Source: Girardia tigrina (lineage: Eukaryota). From it: a stretch of DNA of 64,000 nucleotides. The stretch covers positions 1 to 64,000 of the forward strand of contig MQRK01245821.1 of assembly GCA_001938485.1 (NCBI GenBank). Direction: 5' to 3'. The position numbers were made by a program, and so were the translations under genes. Below the pieces are notes generated by a model. It had not been told where the DNA came from. It did no database searches and worked only from the letters and a program-made list of their open reading frames with translations. Shown one piece after another: positions 1 to 14,119 of the stretch (positions within the stretch are counted from its first letter, which is position 1; each line of letters starts with the position of its first letter).

Positions 1-1623
1 ATGGGACTATGGAAGAAAATATACAAACGATTTAAACCGTTAATTAACAAGTAAAGTGATACTTCTTACTAGTGAGGGTGATTAAAAAACCGAGTCTATC
101 GTCTTTTAGTTGAACGAGTGTTTAGAAACACTTATAGTTCGTGTACTGACTAGCTAGCAGATATTAGATAGTGATGTTGTTAGTTACACTGCAATACGAT
201 CGACTATTGAATACAATGTTCAGATGTTGGTTGTTAAAAATCGGGAATTATTTCACGATCGTATCTTTTATGAAATGAAATTTCAAATCTTTTATTTCCT
301 TTGATTAGAAAGTTGAANNNNNNNNNNNNNNTTTTTTTTCCTTCTATGTTGCAATCGGTTACTACAGCCAAATATTCCGTGTTTCTTTAGTAATTTTCTT
401 TTCCACTTTGCTTCTCAGTTTTTTTTCGTTATAATTTAATTTCTTCTCTTCGGTTGGATTCCTGATATATTTATGTAATAAATTATATCCACGGTGATTA
501 ATTATATTTTTTTTTTAAATTGTCAATCAATTTTTTTTTATTGATTTTTTTATTATTATATACTAATTAGTATATATATAACATTCAATTAAAATAACGG
601 TTTTAATAGAACACGGAAACAATTTAATTCAGGGCCTTCGAGCCGGCCAACATTTCATCGATATAATTTTTATATTGTAGAATTAAAGCTTTGAAAAAAA
701 ATCGATTTGTTCTGTATTTTTAAAATCTTGTTTCTTTGCCATTTCTTGATTTCTTTAATCGATTTGAACGACTCTCAACTTTAAATCGGCTACTTGCTTC
801 TTTAAATTTTCTTTTGTAAATCCAGATTATCTATTTTTATTCGTCTGTCATGATGTTNNNNNNNNNNNNNNNNNNNNNNNNNNNNNNNNNNNNNNTACGG
901 ATTGTGGTCTCTGAGTCTTCTCAATAACGACAAAAACAACAAACGAGCACCAACTTTTCTTTTTCCTCAAACACAAAATATACAAGGCACCATGTGTAGA
1001 AAGAGGAAAAAAAATCGCATACACGCGTTAGAAACAAACAAAAATTAGTAGGGCTCTACACCGTTTATTTGATTATTTCTATTCAAATTTTGATCTAAAA
1101 TTGATTTGAGTTTGATAATATCGCTTTCTTTAAGTTTATTTTGTGTCGAAATCTCTTCAGATTGACGCTCGAGATCTTTTGCCTTTTTATCTAACTTGAT
1201 TATTTTCGCTTTTTCCATTTCGATATTTCCAATCAATTTTTTGACTTCATAACCTAAATCGTGGATTAGTTTGTCTAATTGGAACATTAATATTTGCGAT
1301 CAATATATTATCTGATAAATCGATTTTTTCGAACATTTCTGAAATACTCGAAAAAGTGTTCAAAAATCAATTTTTTCGTATATATCTGAAACCCCTATAT
1401 TTAGATGTATGTTATTTACCATCAAACAATACCTCATGAATCGCCTAATGTACTACATCACCAATCACAAGTACCTTGGTTACCATAACCAAGATACATA
1501 ACCTTTTATTATACATTATGTAAAAATTACATATATTAAACTCTTATTATACTTAAAACGTGCATAGATATTATACATAACATCTGCATAATCATCTAAT
1601 GTACCTGAGCCTAGGCATCACTT

Positions 1624-1686
1624 ATCATGTCAACGTATTGTACTCATCATGTCAACGAATTGCATTCATCATGTCAACGAATTGCA
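1624..1686. repeat. 22-bp tandem repeat, ~3 units (atcatgtcaacgaattgcattc)
   Basis: Three adjacent near-identical units with no spacers. Confidence 0.9.
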
Positions 1687-1837
1687 CAGTTAACATTTTA
1701 TAGTATATATCAATATTATATATAATAAAAGTTGTTGTTTACATGTTTATGAATAAAACATGTATGAGACGAGTATTTTCAACAAACATATGTACAATAT
1801 ATACAAGTATATCATTCAGAAAAAATAATGTCCATGA

Positions 1838-2131
1838 GGTTGCTAAGGAAAGGGTCACTATTGCTATGGATATGGTAACCGTTACCATTGATACAATCGC
1901 CTTGAATCACTGCATCCGTTGCTAATGAAAAACATCCCTAGGTTACCCTTGCTTTGGTAACTAAGACCTTGGTTAACGTTATCAAGTGAACCGAAAGCGT
2001 TGTTAGGGTGATCGTGACCGTTGCTAGGGTGTTCGGAACCGTTGCTATGGTAAACGCGACCGTTGCCATGGCAACGGTGACCCACCCCCCAGGGGGTCTG
2101 GGGCCGAATGCCCATTTGCCCCCTACTTAGT
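1838..2131 (+). repeat. Degenerate ~20-22-bp minisatellite (ccgttgctagggt/ccgttgctatggt) ending in a GC-rich hairpin; probable Helitron-like 3' portion
   Basis: Repeated gttgctaNgg units, a perfect palindrome accgttgccatggcaacggt at 2059-2078, then ggggccgaatgcccatttgcccc followed by ctacttagt. Confidence 0.55.
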
Positions 2132-2346
2132 ACTAATTAATTAAAGTTTTATAATTATGAATTTTAATAATATTTTTAGTTAACGATTTTAACTTATTAA
2201 ATTTAATATCTATAAAAAAAATAATGTTTATTTTAAAAATTACATAATGCCTTTTTATCCAATAAAATTATGAGAAATTAAAAGTTAATATTAAAAAATT
2301 TCCGATTCATTGTTTTTTTTAGATTTGAATACATAAACAAAAAACT

Positions 2347-3105
2347 ATGTCAATCAAAGAAAGATTGAACGGTGCAAAGTATTTCACTACAATTGACTTG
2401 GGAAACGCATACTTTCAAGTTGAACTTGATGAAGAATCAAAGATTAAAACGGCATTCTCGACAAAGAATGGTCAATATTGTTTTAAAAGAATTCCTTTCG
2501 GAATAGCAGCCACTTCGGCCACCTTTTAAGAACTAATGGTAAAAATTCTTGAGGAATTGACCTGGAAGGAAGCATTTTTATATCAAGACGATATCTTGAT
2601 ATTTTATAAAGATAAGAAAGAACATCTACAAAGAATAAAGAATGTGTTAAAAAAAATCAAAGAATCAAAAAAAAAATCAAAAAATCAAAGAATCAGGTTC
2701 GAGGATAAATCCAGAGAAATGTCAATTTCTAGTAGAAAAGACCAGGTTTTTGGGCTACGTAATAAGTAAAGACGGTATAGAAACTGATAAAACAAAGATT
2801 GATGCAATTAACAAGTTTCAAAACCCATCATGTATTAAACATCTAAGAAGTTTCTTGGGTTTGACAAATTATTACATGAAATTCATAAATGATTATGCAA
2901 GATATTCGAAAGTTTTAGAAGGCATGTGTGGCAAAAACAAGGATAAGAGAATAGTATGAACAAAAGAATGTGACGAATTTTTTCAGAGATTAAAAGAAAG
3001 AATGGTTCAAACTCCAATCTTGGCGTATCCAAACTTCGATAAAGAGAATTTATATTGGACACAGACGCAAGTTTCGATACGATTGGAGCAGTACTGTTAC
3101 AAAAA
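2347..3105 (+). mobile_element. Degenerate Ty3/Gypsy pol fragment (reverse transcriptase into RNase H)
   Basis: Motifs YFTTIDLGNAYFQV, KTAFST..GQYCFKRIPFG, LYQDDILIF (YxDD), GYVISKDGI, LRSFLGLTNYY, PILAYPNFDK and LDTDAS...IGAVLLQ, broken by stops, frameshifts and a short internal duplication near 2650-2697. Confidence 0.93.
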
Positions 3106-4288
3106 CAAAATTAACCGAAACATAAAATTTCTAAATTCAAAATTTTAATTTAATTAATTTACATTTTTCTAAAAATGTTATAAATTGACATTTACAAAAA
3201 ACTCAATTGACCAATACACAAAATTTCTCAAACTTTTAAAATTTTTTAAGTTAACCTTTTTTATTCTCAAACAAATATTCATATCTTAAAAGAAACGTTT
3301 ATTAACCGAAAACAAATTATTAACAGTGTTAGTGATCTAAATTTTCAATTGACTGTTGATTAATTCGTTATAATTATGTCAGTAATTAGTTGAAATACAT
3401 TTGTCAAATTGTCGATGCAGTTCAAGATATCGAGTTTTCTCTAAGTCTTTCCGATTCTAATTTTAATTATCTCAGTCAGATGACACCAGACACACGTTTC
3501 GTATTATTGATGTTGTTGTTTATGTATAATTTGAAATTCAACACCAAGCTCGGCGAGAATAGATTTACTGTAATTCACAAACAACCCAGCGAGACCCCCA
3601 AAAGTGCGCAGCCGCAACACTGCACCTACGCATGTAACTTATAAAGACATGTATATATAAAGATGTACGGACTCATCAATTATCCATTTTATATATAATT
3701 TTTATTCTAATTTGTAAACAGGAAAGTTGTATAATTTAAAAGATACAAAACTCGTATAATAAATATGAGTAACTTTTTAACTTGTTTTTTTATAATTATT
3801 TTGATATCAAATTGTTTGCTTTAATGATGTCTTAACAAAATTCCTGTTTAACTAGATGACAATGAAATATTTATAATTTAATCAAATAAAATTCATTCAA
3901 TATGAGTCTCTTATAATATCAAATAGTAGCACTTGCTTTAATAAAATTCCTTTAAACTATAAACAGTAGTTTGTATTGTATTTACTTTAAATTTTCTAGC
4001 TTAAAAAGATAGAACAGTTTTTGTTCAGTTCACTCAAATGTTCGATCATTCGTCTTTTGTTAAGTACGTAAGAAATTCTTTTAAATATTGGAGTCGACAT
4101 TAAGAAAGAGGTTTTATTTGTACAAAATTTGATATTTCTTATTATTCTTTATTCGTATATAAATAATTTCTCGAAACTTTGTAATTTTACGTCTCCATTT
4201 TTTACAATTTAACAATTTTTATAATTTATGATTTTTCTTAATATCATTTAATATATTTTCAATATTTCCCTGGTTTAGTAATTCTAAT

Positions 4289-5229
4289 TCGTGCCCGTAT
4301 TTTGAGGCCCGTGCCCGTAGGGGCCTGGACCTTACTAAATATTTGATTAAATAGTTAATTTTAAAATTCTAATAAAATTAATATTTGATTTTATCAATTA
4401 TTTTGTTTTGAACTATTTATTTTTAACCAAACCTTTTAAAATGTCCTAAATAATAACACCATAATAAAATAATTATTGGATTTTTATCAATTATTGTGTT
4501 TTTTACCATTTAACAAAAATAAGAAGTTCATCTAGCCAACAGTCAATTTTCAATTTTAAATTTTCAAAGATTGAAAAAGAATCGTTTTTCTTCTTATCAG
4601 ATAACTCCAAAGCTGTCTTAACTTAATGCTGTTCCAAACATGTTTTGACTTTACAATTTTTTGACGATCCTATCATAATTAAGGGATTAAATGCCATTAA
4701 AGTTTCGCATAATGTTGTTTGAAGTGAAATGAAAAAATTTCCACAAATCTGAAAAAGTAATTTTTTGAAAACCGACATGGAAAAGGGGAGTTGTTGGCCA
4801 CTGATGGATGGAAAAAATTGTTTCCTATGAAAAGCATCTTTTAATCCAAATAGACCTGTTTTTCTTAATAGCTTTGAATTTTATTTTACAAGCTTAGTAA
4901 TTTTTGCGCAATTACAAGATTGTTGTAATTTTGTGAATTATCGATAATACCAAAAATATGAATGCTGCTACTAATGTAGTTTCTTCTAAAATGCCATCAG
5001 TTCTACTCATGAAATGTGCCGCTTATTGTATAAATCTTATTTTTTCTTTATTTGTTTTAATTAATGTATTATATATATTATATAAAATGTATTATATATG
5101 ATACAATATATTTTGTATATTATATAACAATTAATGAAATCCGAGCCCGTGTCCGTTCCCGGCCCGTTGCCCGTACCACTATGTCTGATGCCCGTAAAAT
5201 CTACCCGTGCCCGTACGGGCGGCACCCTA
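4289..5229. mobile_element. Probable hAT-type DNA transposon remnant with gcccgt subterminal repeats
   Basis: Clusters of (gt)gcccgt at 4289-4330 and 5140-5220. The right end reads TAGGGTGCCGCCCGTACGGG on the minus strand, an hAT-like terminus. No matching second TIR or TSD found. Confidence 0.45.
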
Positions 5230-8200
5230 GAATATAAACGTAACACTGGTTCATTTGTTGTGTTAATTCGAAATTCTGACAAAATCTATAGGATGAGCGG
5301 ATACATAATTTCTGAGAAACGGAAAACAAACTTTCGTCCGAAAAAAATGATATTAATGCTCTTAAATCACAAAAAATGTAATTATTTTATTACCAAAAAT
5401 AAATGCTTACGAAAATTAATTTTCTTCCTTCTCGTAATTCCTTCTCGGAAGCCAATTTGAGGATTGCGGCATCTGGATACTCATTTTAGCCTGTGCAATT
5501 TAAATAATCTTCAAAATAATCTAAGATTTTTGGAATTTCGTAATTCCAGTTTTAGACGACTGGCTTCGATAATATTTTTATTATTAATAATTTATTTCTA
5601 CAAAAAATATGAATCTGAATAAAAAATTTATTAATATAAAAAAATCGAAATAAAATGAGCATCCGATTTATTTGTTTCGACGATTCTCAAAACCGATCAT
5701 GAAAGAGAATAAAATTGCGTGTTTAATATTAAATAGACTCATTAATTTACGTTATTTCCTCAATTTGTTTTATGATCCAGACTATTTTTTCTAAACAATT
5801 ATTTTAATTTTTCTCAAAAATATTTTATAATTTTTTATTTATTATTTATTTTAATAAAATAAAATATATTGATATTTCAATAAAAACAAAAACAAACACA
5901 GTGTAATTAAATTATATTTTATAAATTTGTAAAATTCGATTTTAATTATTAAAAAAAATAATATTAAACAAATGATATTTTAATTGGATTTAATTTTTAT
6001 AAAAATAGAACAAAATAATTAAATTAAAATGGTAAAAGAAAATCAGATTTCGTAAAAATAAATTGATAAATTGAATAATATTAGTTTTATTTTTGAAATA
6101 TAAAATTGATTATTTTTTCGTAATTTTTAAGTATTATTTTTGTTATTTTCTCGTCTTTTACTAAACTTTAACAGAGAAATTGTATAATTTACTTCTTCTT
6201 TTAACGTCTTCTTCTGTATAAAATCGCTTCCCATAAGGTGAATGATGTAAAAGATCGAACTTCCTTTTATTTCACTTACCCATGCTTCATATTTGTATGA
6301 AGATGATCATTGTATTGGGAGAAAAAGATAAATTTTATTACTATTCTTTGTAAACTGCATTTGACATTATGTGATTATTTAATTTTTTTGTTTTGTCTAA
6401 AAACGCCCATGGTAATCGGGTGCACATTGCGAATATTAAAAATAATCGATCAACAATTCGGTGATTTTATGAGTCTTGATTTATCTAAACAATTTAGTGA
6501 TCATAAGAGTTCTGATTTATCTCTACATTATCTTTAGATATCAAGTATTTTAAAAACATAACACAGAATTTTATTGTATTTTTACTTATAATCCCTTAGC
6601 GTCCTAAAATACTGATGCTAGTTTTTCTAAGTCGTTAGCAGTACTTAGCTTTCTTTGACTGGTGGATGGAGTCTCAATGTTTCCATTATATATTTTGCTT
6701 TTTAGTCCAAGGGCAATAATGAAGATTCAGGTAATTCAACTGTTGTAACAGATTGTTAGGGTATGAAATGTTCATTAATCTTCAAAAATGTCAAAGACCT
6801 TTAATCAGCAATTCTGAAAAATAAATTAAATATTTCAGGCAATATATAGTCAACTATAATGTATATTGCATTCGAACCAGAGTTACCATCTGTATTACAT
6901 TTTGCGAGTAATTTTGAAGGATCGAAACATCTGAAATTACCACTGGTATCAGCTATTGACAACGATGAGTCTACTTAAAACGAGAAATGAACGAAAAGCT
7001 ACCAAAATTTGTGAATGTACATGACAAAAAATAGCCCTTGTAAAAAACATGTAAAATCAACTGTTCAAATTAATTCAAAAGAGCAAAGCAATTTGCATTA
7101 ATATTACTTTACTTTGCAAGATTCACGATATAATTACTTTTAATTTAAGGCATTCACTTATCCAGTTTTAAAATTGCAGTCTGTCTCTCCTCCATGACTT
7201 TACTGATTTTTAGGTAACTAGTTGGGATCTGAAGCTCCATAGTTTTTCAATTCGTGTGTTGAATCTTATAATGGCACCTTTTCATATAAATAGAAAAGGG
7301 ACATAAAAATATCTATTTAATGTTTGTCAAACTAGAAATCTTTACCTTTATCAGATACCTCTTTTAGTCTTTAATCAGATACATCTACCAATAAGAGCTC
7401 ATTATTCACACTATCTAATCAGTGTATCTTATCTTACGGGTTTTGAGCAATATTTACAAAATGTTTGAATGTGTGAATGTATGGATGCTGTATGTTGATT
7501 TAAGTATGTTGAACTTAGAACGGTGATTCTCCCACCCAGATGGAAATTGGTATTTTTTAAATTTAAAGTGATTGACTATTCGAACATCATTAAAATAATA
7601 ATTTAATAAGTTTATATTTTTTAAATTAACAATTAAAATTAAGTTTAATATTTTTATTAAAATTTAAATTAAATTCATTTTGAGTAATTTGATAACATTT
7701 TTTATTATTTTAGGTTTTTATAAGGAAATGGTTTAAATTATTTTTAATTAATATTTTTGAAATTAAATATTATTGACGATCTTATGAGAGTCATAATGAC
7801 TCGAAATGTGATAGTAATAAAAATTCAAATGAAAATTGTCTCATTGTTCTTAATATAGGTTATTCTGCTTTCCAAAAATATAATTTTTAATTAAAAACTT
7901 TCTTAGTCATCCATTTATTTTATATTTCTGACTGCAGACATTTATAGGATATATGAATCAAATGGCTTCTCTTCTTGGTGACATTGTATTCAAGTCCATT
8001 CGTGTCATGTATCTATTTAATTCTTTCAGTACTTCTCATCGTTGTAAAATTTTTGAATAAGCAATTTTTTCGTTCCTTATCAAAGGTGTTTAAACATTTT
8101 TGGCTTCTCGAAGCTACGTTGGGAAAATCTCAGTAGTCGAGGACCACGAAAAAAAATAATTTGTCAAATATTTATAACTAATGAACAACAATATAATTTA

Positions 8201-11200
8201 TTTTAATCATTTTAATCACATTTATGGTTCGGGCAGACTTGAGTCACGGATCGCAGGTTGGAAAACTATGTTATATATCGTAAATTCTTTTTCGTATTAA
8301 ACATTTAAGAAGGTAATAAAATCATTTGCCGTTTTTAGATTTAACCTAAATACGACAATGTGGTTATCTGTAGCTTGCTTCTTCCAGAAAATTTGCAAAA
8401 TTCGCAAAAACCGTCATTGTTAAAGTTTGCATCATTATATATTTCTTAAAATTTTCAACGTTTTCTTGAGTTACCTTCTGGCTTTGCAAAGGTATGTGTT
8501 TCATAAAGACATAAATTCTTCTTTGCATAGTCACTTTTCCCTGTCTTAATAATTTTTTCACTTGATAATTTTGAATAAATCCTTTTTGGAATATTTTTCT
8601 ATTCTTTGGTACCCTCAGCTCTCTTTGTGGATGTATGAATGAGATTCTTTTTCCATTGTTATAAATATTTTACTTCATTAATAATATCATAAAAACTAAA
8701 ATTTGTTAATACATTAATTATTTGCTTATTATGTACAATACTATAGATTTTTCTGTACTTTAAAAGAAATCTCAAATTATACTATTAAACACGAATTTGT
8801 TCAAAAAATATAAAAATACATTATAAGAGCAACAAGAAGAATGTGACTAAATTAATGAGCAAGGATGATATGTAAAGTAAATTTATTGTTAAATACAAAC
8901 AGTTATTAAATATGTATATACATTGTATTATTATTTACATTTATAATCATGATATTAACAAAGTTGCTGAAATCATTGTGCCTTAAATACCAATCATCTT
9001 TATTAATTTGATGTTAGTCCAGCAATTCCCTTCTTTTGATTTGAACGACCGCTTGTTGATCACCGTTATGTTGATATTATTCCAGAGACAGTACTGTGGT
9101 TGCGGTAGTCCGATCGACCGCCTACCGGAACATGGATTTGCACTGGGTTTCGTTGACTCCGGAAGTTCCACATGCTCCCTCCTGTCGATCTGCAGCAACC
9201 CGACCGTGGTACAATACATGTTTGTGCCGCTGTACCAGAGAATGGCGGCCAATAATCTGACAAGTTCACCCTTTGTCTAAGGTTTTCGGTCGAGATCAAG
9301 TATTCTGAGGATTGTGACGACTAAAGTCGGTCGCATCGTCATCAAGCATTTAGAGACAGAGGCCGATCGGACTCCGTCGAGAGTTGCATTTGAATTAGAA
9401 TACTCAACGATGAGTGTGTCATTATCAGCGCACATTTCACATAATAAGACGAAAAATACATAATTCAAAATTTTTTATTTTTTTCAAAAAGTTTTCTTTA
9501 ATTTTGCTTATTAAAATAATTCACACTTAATTATTTTTTTATTTATTTTTGCTGGAGTTTTCTGCGACACAACAAGTGCATTGACCGGTTATCCACTCGA
9601 GTGCAAATATATGCTGACACTGAAGTTACATTTAAAAAGCTGATAGTAAACTAAAAAGTTTTGTTTTTTTTTGAACAGAGCGTTAGTACAGCCTCCAAAG
9701 TCCACCTATCCAAGCATTACAAAGTCGTCGAAGTTATTCTTTCTACAAATTTATATTAGTTCCAGAGGGTGCACTTTCATAGGCTTTAGAACTTCCACCC
9801 TCTGCTATCCTTTGAATTTATTCCGAAAGATTCATCATGTGCAAAATAAAAATTTAAAGCACAAAACAGCGGATCGTAATGAGTTTATATACTATTTGAT
9901 AAACAAAAATTACAATTCCTAATAAAATTATGAATCTTTGTTTCTGTTTTTTATGTTGAAATTAATTTGAAAATCCAGAAATTCGAAACTTAATTTTATA
10001 TTCATAAAACTAATTTATTTATTCATATGAAAATAGAAAACACTTTCAATTAATTAATCATTTTAAATTCAGTCAAATATTACAGAAAAAAATCAGTGAA
10101 ATTTAAATAATTCAAGATTTAAATATATTAATTTATCCCAACACAAAATGAAAGAAATAATTCGACTTGATTAAACAAAATTATTATTTATTTTTATCAG
10201 AATATTTAATAAAACGTTGCTCCAAATAACACTTCAATAAAACAACTCAATAAATATTTCACCAATGTTAGTAAAATAAATATAAATAAACCAATTGTAT
10301 AATAATAGTTTTGTAAAATGAAAACAAAAAATAATATTTATTTTCAATATGTATTAAAAAAAACTACTTTAACAATTAATTAGCATTAATAACAAATAAA
10401 TAAAATTGTGAGTAATATTTGGAATTGTGTGTGGATGTGGTGTGTTTATTCGAGTGTGCTGAAAGTGGAATTGCGATTCACCCACCCAGTTGGAAAATTG
10501 TTGCCTCATTGTATTTGCGAGAAATGATCATTCGAACAGAATTAACATTTTTAAAATTAATTAAAATTTAATAATCTGATAAAATTTAAATTAAATAGTA
10601 ATAATATAGGGTAATATCTAATTTCAGTAAATTATTTTTAAAAATTCATATTTTAATTAATGGCATTTCTAGATTTCAATAATTTTAAAATTATTTAGTT
10701 AATTATTATAATGTTGGGAAGTATTTTTAAGTTTGTATGGGACTCACTAGTAGAAGGGGTTTTCCGAACGTTTCGTGGACGCCCACGTACTGGTTCAACC
10801 CAGTGGTCACCGGTCGGCATACGTTCGCAATGTCGCCACATGTCCGTGTTAGTTCCGGTGATGGTTCATCGCTCGTGACATATCCTGATTCAGCAAACGT
10901 TGCGATAGAGTTTTATTTACAATTGTGATAAAAAGAAAATGAAGATAAAGCACTAATTAACATTTATTTCCATCAAATCCATTTACTATTTCAAATTTTG
11001 TCAATTTTCATCACTTATTAAAACAAATGTTTAGTTGTTTTTTTTAATTAAATTACTCTCGGTCGCTTGAACGATTCACCACAGTTGTGATTACTCTTAA
11101 TGTGATATTAATAAATGTTTGCATAGTAATTGTGTCAGTGCTCGTAACAAAAATGAGATAATAAATAATCGAATTTTAATATTATTTCAAAAACAACATT

Positions 11201-11924
11201 TTCCTTCACCCAAAAAAAATATTATAATAAAAAATAACGACAAATATATTTCTTTTCTAATAACACTTGAAATATAAAACGATTTCTTTTAATTTTGAGA
11301 AATATTTTTTCTTTCAATAAAACAAGATAAAAATGCAAAATTGTTTAAAAGAAGGGGAAAAAGAGAAAAAGCAAACGAAATCGAGAATTGATTCAGAAAC
11401 AAATATTGGCATATCTTATTTGAATTCCACTGAAGGAATTAAACAAACAGATTGGGTTTCAGCAAATGGTATCTCATTTATATCCCCAAAGTCAACAGGA
11501 GCTGTCATTACTGGATTTCAATTCTATGAACTTATTTAAACAAATGTATTCAGCCTCAAATCCGTGTTGGTGCAAGTTTGATTGTTTGCAAATAAATGAT
11601 GTTACGGAAACGCAAAGATTCTCGAAATTAATCATTGATTATATTTTCCATCAATTTTCTGTTGACACCTTGAAATTTTACATTGGTGAATCATTCGTGT
11701 TAATTAAAACAAATTATTCAATTAGAAAAGATGATTGATGAATTATTAAAATCGAGTTATAAATTACAATTAAAATTTATTTCTTTTTCAAACAACAAAC
11801 GCAAAATATTAAAATAAATTATCTATAAAAAAATTAAACAAAAAATTATTATTATTATTTTTTTAAATTATAATGAGGAAAAAAAACATAAAATTAATTT
11901 TATTAATTATAAAACTATTATATA

Positions 11925-13250
11925 AGGTGTGTCCACTAAAAAAGTGCACAAGTTTTAAAACCATTATAACTTTTTAATGTAATATTATCTAATTTCGTAA
12001 ATTTGGAATTTAAATATTTGTTTTAATAGGTTAGAAATAGTAAAGCAGTTATTTAAAATTTTTGGTTTAATTTGGTTTAATGTTTTATTTTAGAGACAAT
12101 TATAATGATTTCAAAACGACATAAAGATATAATAAATTTTTTTTAAACGAACAGTAAAAGTGAGACTGTGACAAAGTTTATTGGCATTCATTTTTCCAGA
12201 AGAGGTATATATGCAATAATACAACGCTATGAGAAGACCGGCAGCATTGAAAGAAAAGTAGGAAGTGGAAGGAAACCTGTTAAAATGACGTCAGANNNNN
12301 NNNNNNNNNNNNNNNNNNNNNNNNNNNNNNNNNTTGGACAAAGTGTGAGAAAGTTAGGTAGAGAAATGAATGTTTCAAAGTCTTACGTGCATAAGATGCT
12401 CAAGACTAATAACATAGTGTTTCGACAGAGGAAAGAAGCCCCAAAGGTTACTCCGACATAGATTATTCGCCAGAAAACCAGGTTGCAAAATCTCGCTAAA
12501 TTAATGTGGAAAAGACCAAAACCGACTTCGTACTTGATGATGAGTCGTATTTTACACTCACCGGAGCAATGACATCGGGTTATTATGTGGACAAAAAGAA
12601 GTTCGGTGATGTATCTGATAATATTCGCCTTAAATTTCGAGAGAAATTGACAGTAAAAGTTTTGGCTTGGGCAACTGTTTCCAGACGAGGCATTTCAAAC
12701 ATGTACATCAGGAAATGGAAATCTGTATCTTCTAATTCGGATATTTATATCTCCGAGTGCTTAACGAAGCGTTTGCATCCTTATCTGAATGAGAAATACC
12801 CAGCTGGTCGCTTCATCTTCTGGCCAGATCTTGCTTCTTGTCACTACGCCAAAGCCAGTCTGAAGTGCTTAGAGGACAACAAAATTCCATTTGTCAAAAA
12901 AGATTCGAATCCACCTTGTGCTCCCCAAAAACGCCCAATTGAAAAGTTTTGGGCTCATTTAAAGGAGAAGGTGTATGGAAAGGGTTGGACTGCCGATTCT
13001 GAAGACCAGTTGATTCGCAGAATCAAAACTAAAGCAAAGCAGTTTAACAATTTATATTTTAGGACATTATTTGCAAATTTTAGACAAAGAATAATACTTG
13101 CTAACTCTTATGGCCTTAATAGTTTGATATAATAAAATAGTTATTGTGTTATTATGATCTAGTCTTTGTTCAGATTTCCGTCAATTTGAAAGTCTAATTA
13201 AAAAGTTATGATGGTTTTAAAACTTGTGCACTTTTTTAGTGGACATACCT
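11925..13250 (+). mobile_element. Full-length ITm DD37E DNA transposon with inactivated transposase
   Basis: 54-bp TIRs (11925-11978 / 13197-13250, 2 mismatches) flanked by TA on both sides. Confidence 0.93.
12105..13132 (+). pseudogene. DD37E transposase pseudogene
   Basis: N-terminal HTH with GSGRKP; DDESYF; FWPDLASCHY; NPPCAPQKRPIE with exactly 37 residues between the second D and the E. Stops near 12144 and 12459, frameshift near 12505. Confidence 0.9.
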
Positions 13251-13385
13251 TATTATTGAGTGTATAACTTGTCGGAGGTGTATAGATTGTCCAAGAGATT
13301 GAGTAACTTGAATAATAAATATTATTTTACAGTAACACCCACGCCGCTTCAATGTTTTGAAATTCTGTATTAAAATTATGGTGTA

Positions 13386-13950
13386 CTAGCAAAAGACCCG
13401 TCATGTGTACGGGTGAGCTAAATTTTCATCTTTGAAAGTTTTTGTTTTATAAATTTATTTTAAAAATAGTTTCTTTAGTTTTTTACTTTTAATTAATTAT
13501 TATATTATTTCTTTTCAATTTAATAACTTTTTAGTTTTCTTCCTTAAACCTTTTTTAATTTTTGAATTTTTTGGTTTTTTTAGTTAAATTTATTTTTTTA
13601 AATTTAAACCCAAGAATTTTTGTCAGTAAAAATTGTATACATCTTAATAATTCTATCGATATAAAAGAATCTGCGGCGATCCCAAACAGATTATAAGTAA
13701 AAAAAATCATTAATATTTTCTTGGTAAAAAACACATCTTATCTATCAGAAACAAATTAATTAATAAATAATCACAAATTAATCTACTTGCAATTGTAAGT
13801 AATCAATTAATAATAATATATTAATATATCTTGTTTTATTATTATTTTTTATTTAATTATCTACTTAGAATTTTAAATAGATCATCAAGCGTGACCGACA
13901 AACCAACAAACAAACAAACTAACATTTTAGACATATTATCTATATTATTC
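13386..13950 (-). mobile_element. Non-autonomous Helitron-like element
   Basis: Minus-strand 3' end has hairpin ACCCGT-acacatg-ACGGGT, then CTAG followed by T. A (TTTG)n-like tract lies near the 5' end (13895-13920). 5' boundary approximate. Confidence 0.65.
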
Positions 13951-14119
13951 ATAGTTAAATCATTAACCACAAAGCGCAAAATGACGCGACAAATCACACT
14001 TCACCAGAATGACACTTGAACAAAACTGTTGGGTGGTTAAATAAATTATATAATATTTACCAAGAAATTAGAATTTTCTAGACGTATTACTTTTAAGCTT
14101 TAATTAAAAAAAATAAACA

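Noticed and set aside
985-1060. PBS-like CA-TGGTGCC on the minus strand with a short tgtaga/tctaca repeat
   Set aside because: No second LTR, no extended tRNA complementarity and no linked gag.
1045-1287. 80-aa coiled-coil-like ORF
   Set aside because: No diagnostic motif or splice support; cannot assign a product.
1624-1686. CRISPR-like array (also 62519-62586 and 24730-24810)
   Set aside because: Repeats are contiguous, lack unique spacers, have no cas genes nearby and lie in eukaryotic transposon context.
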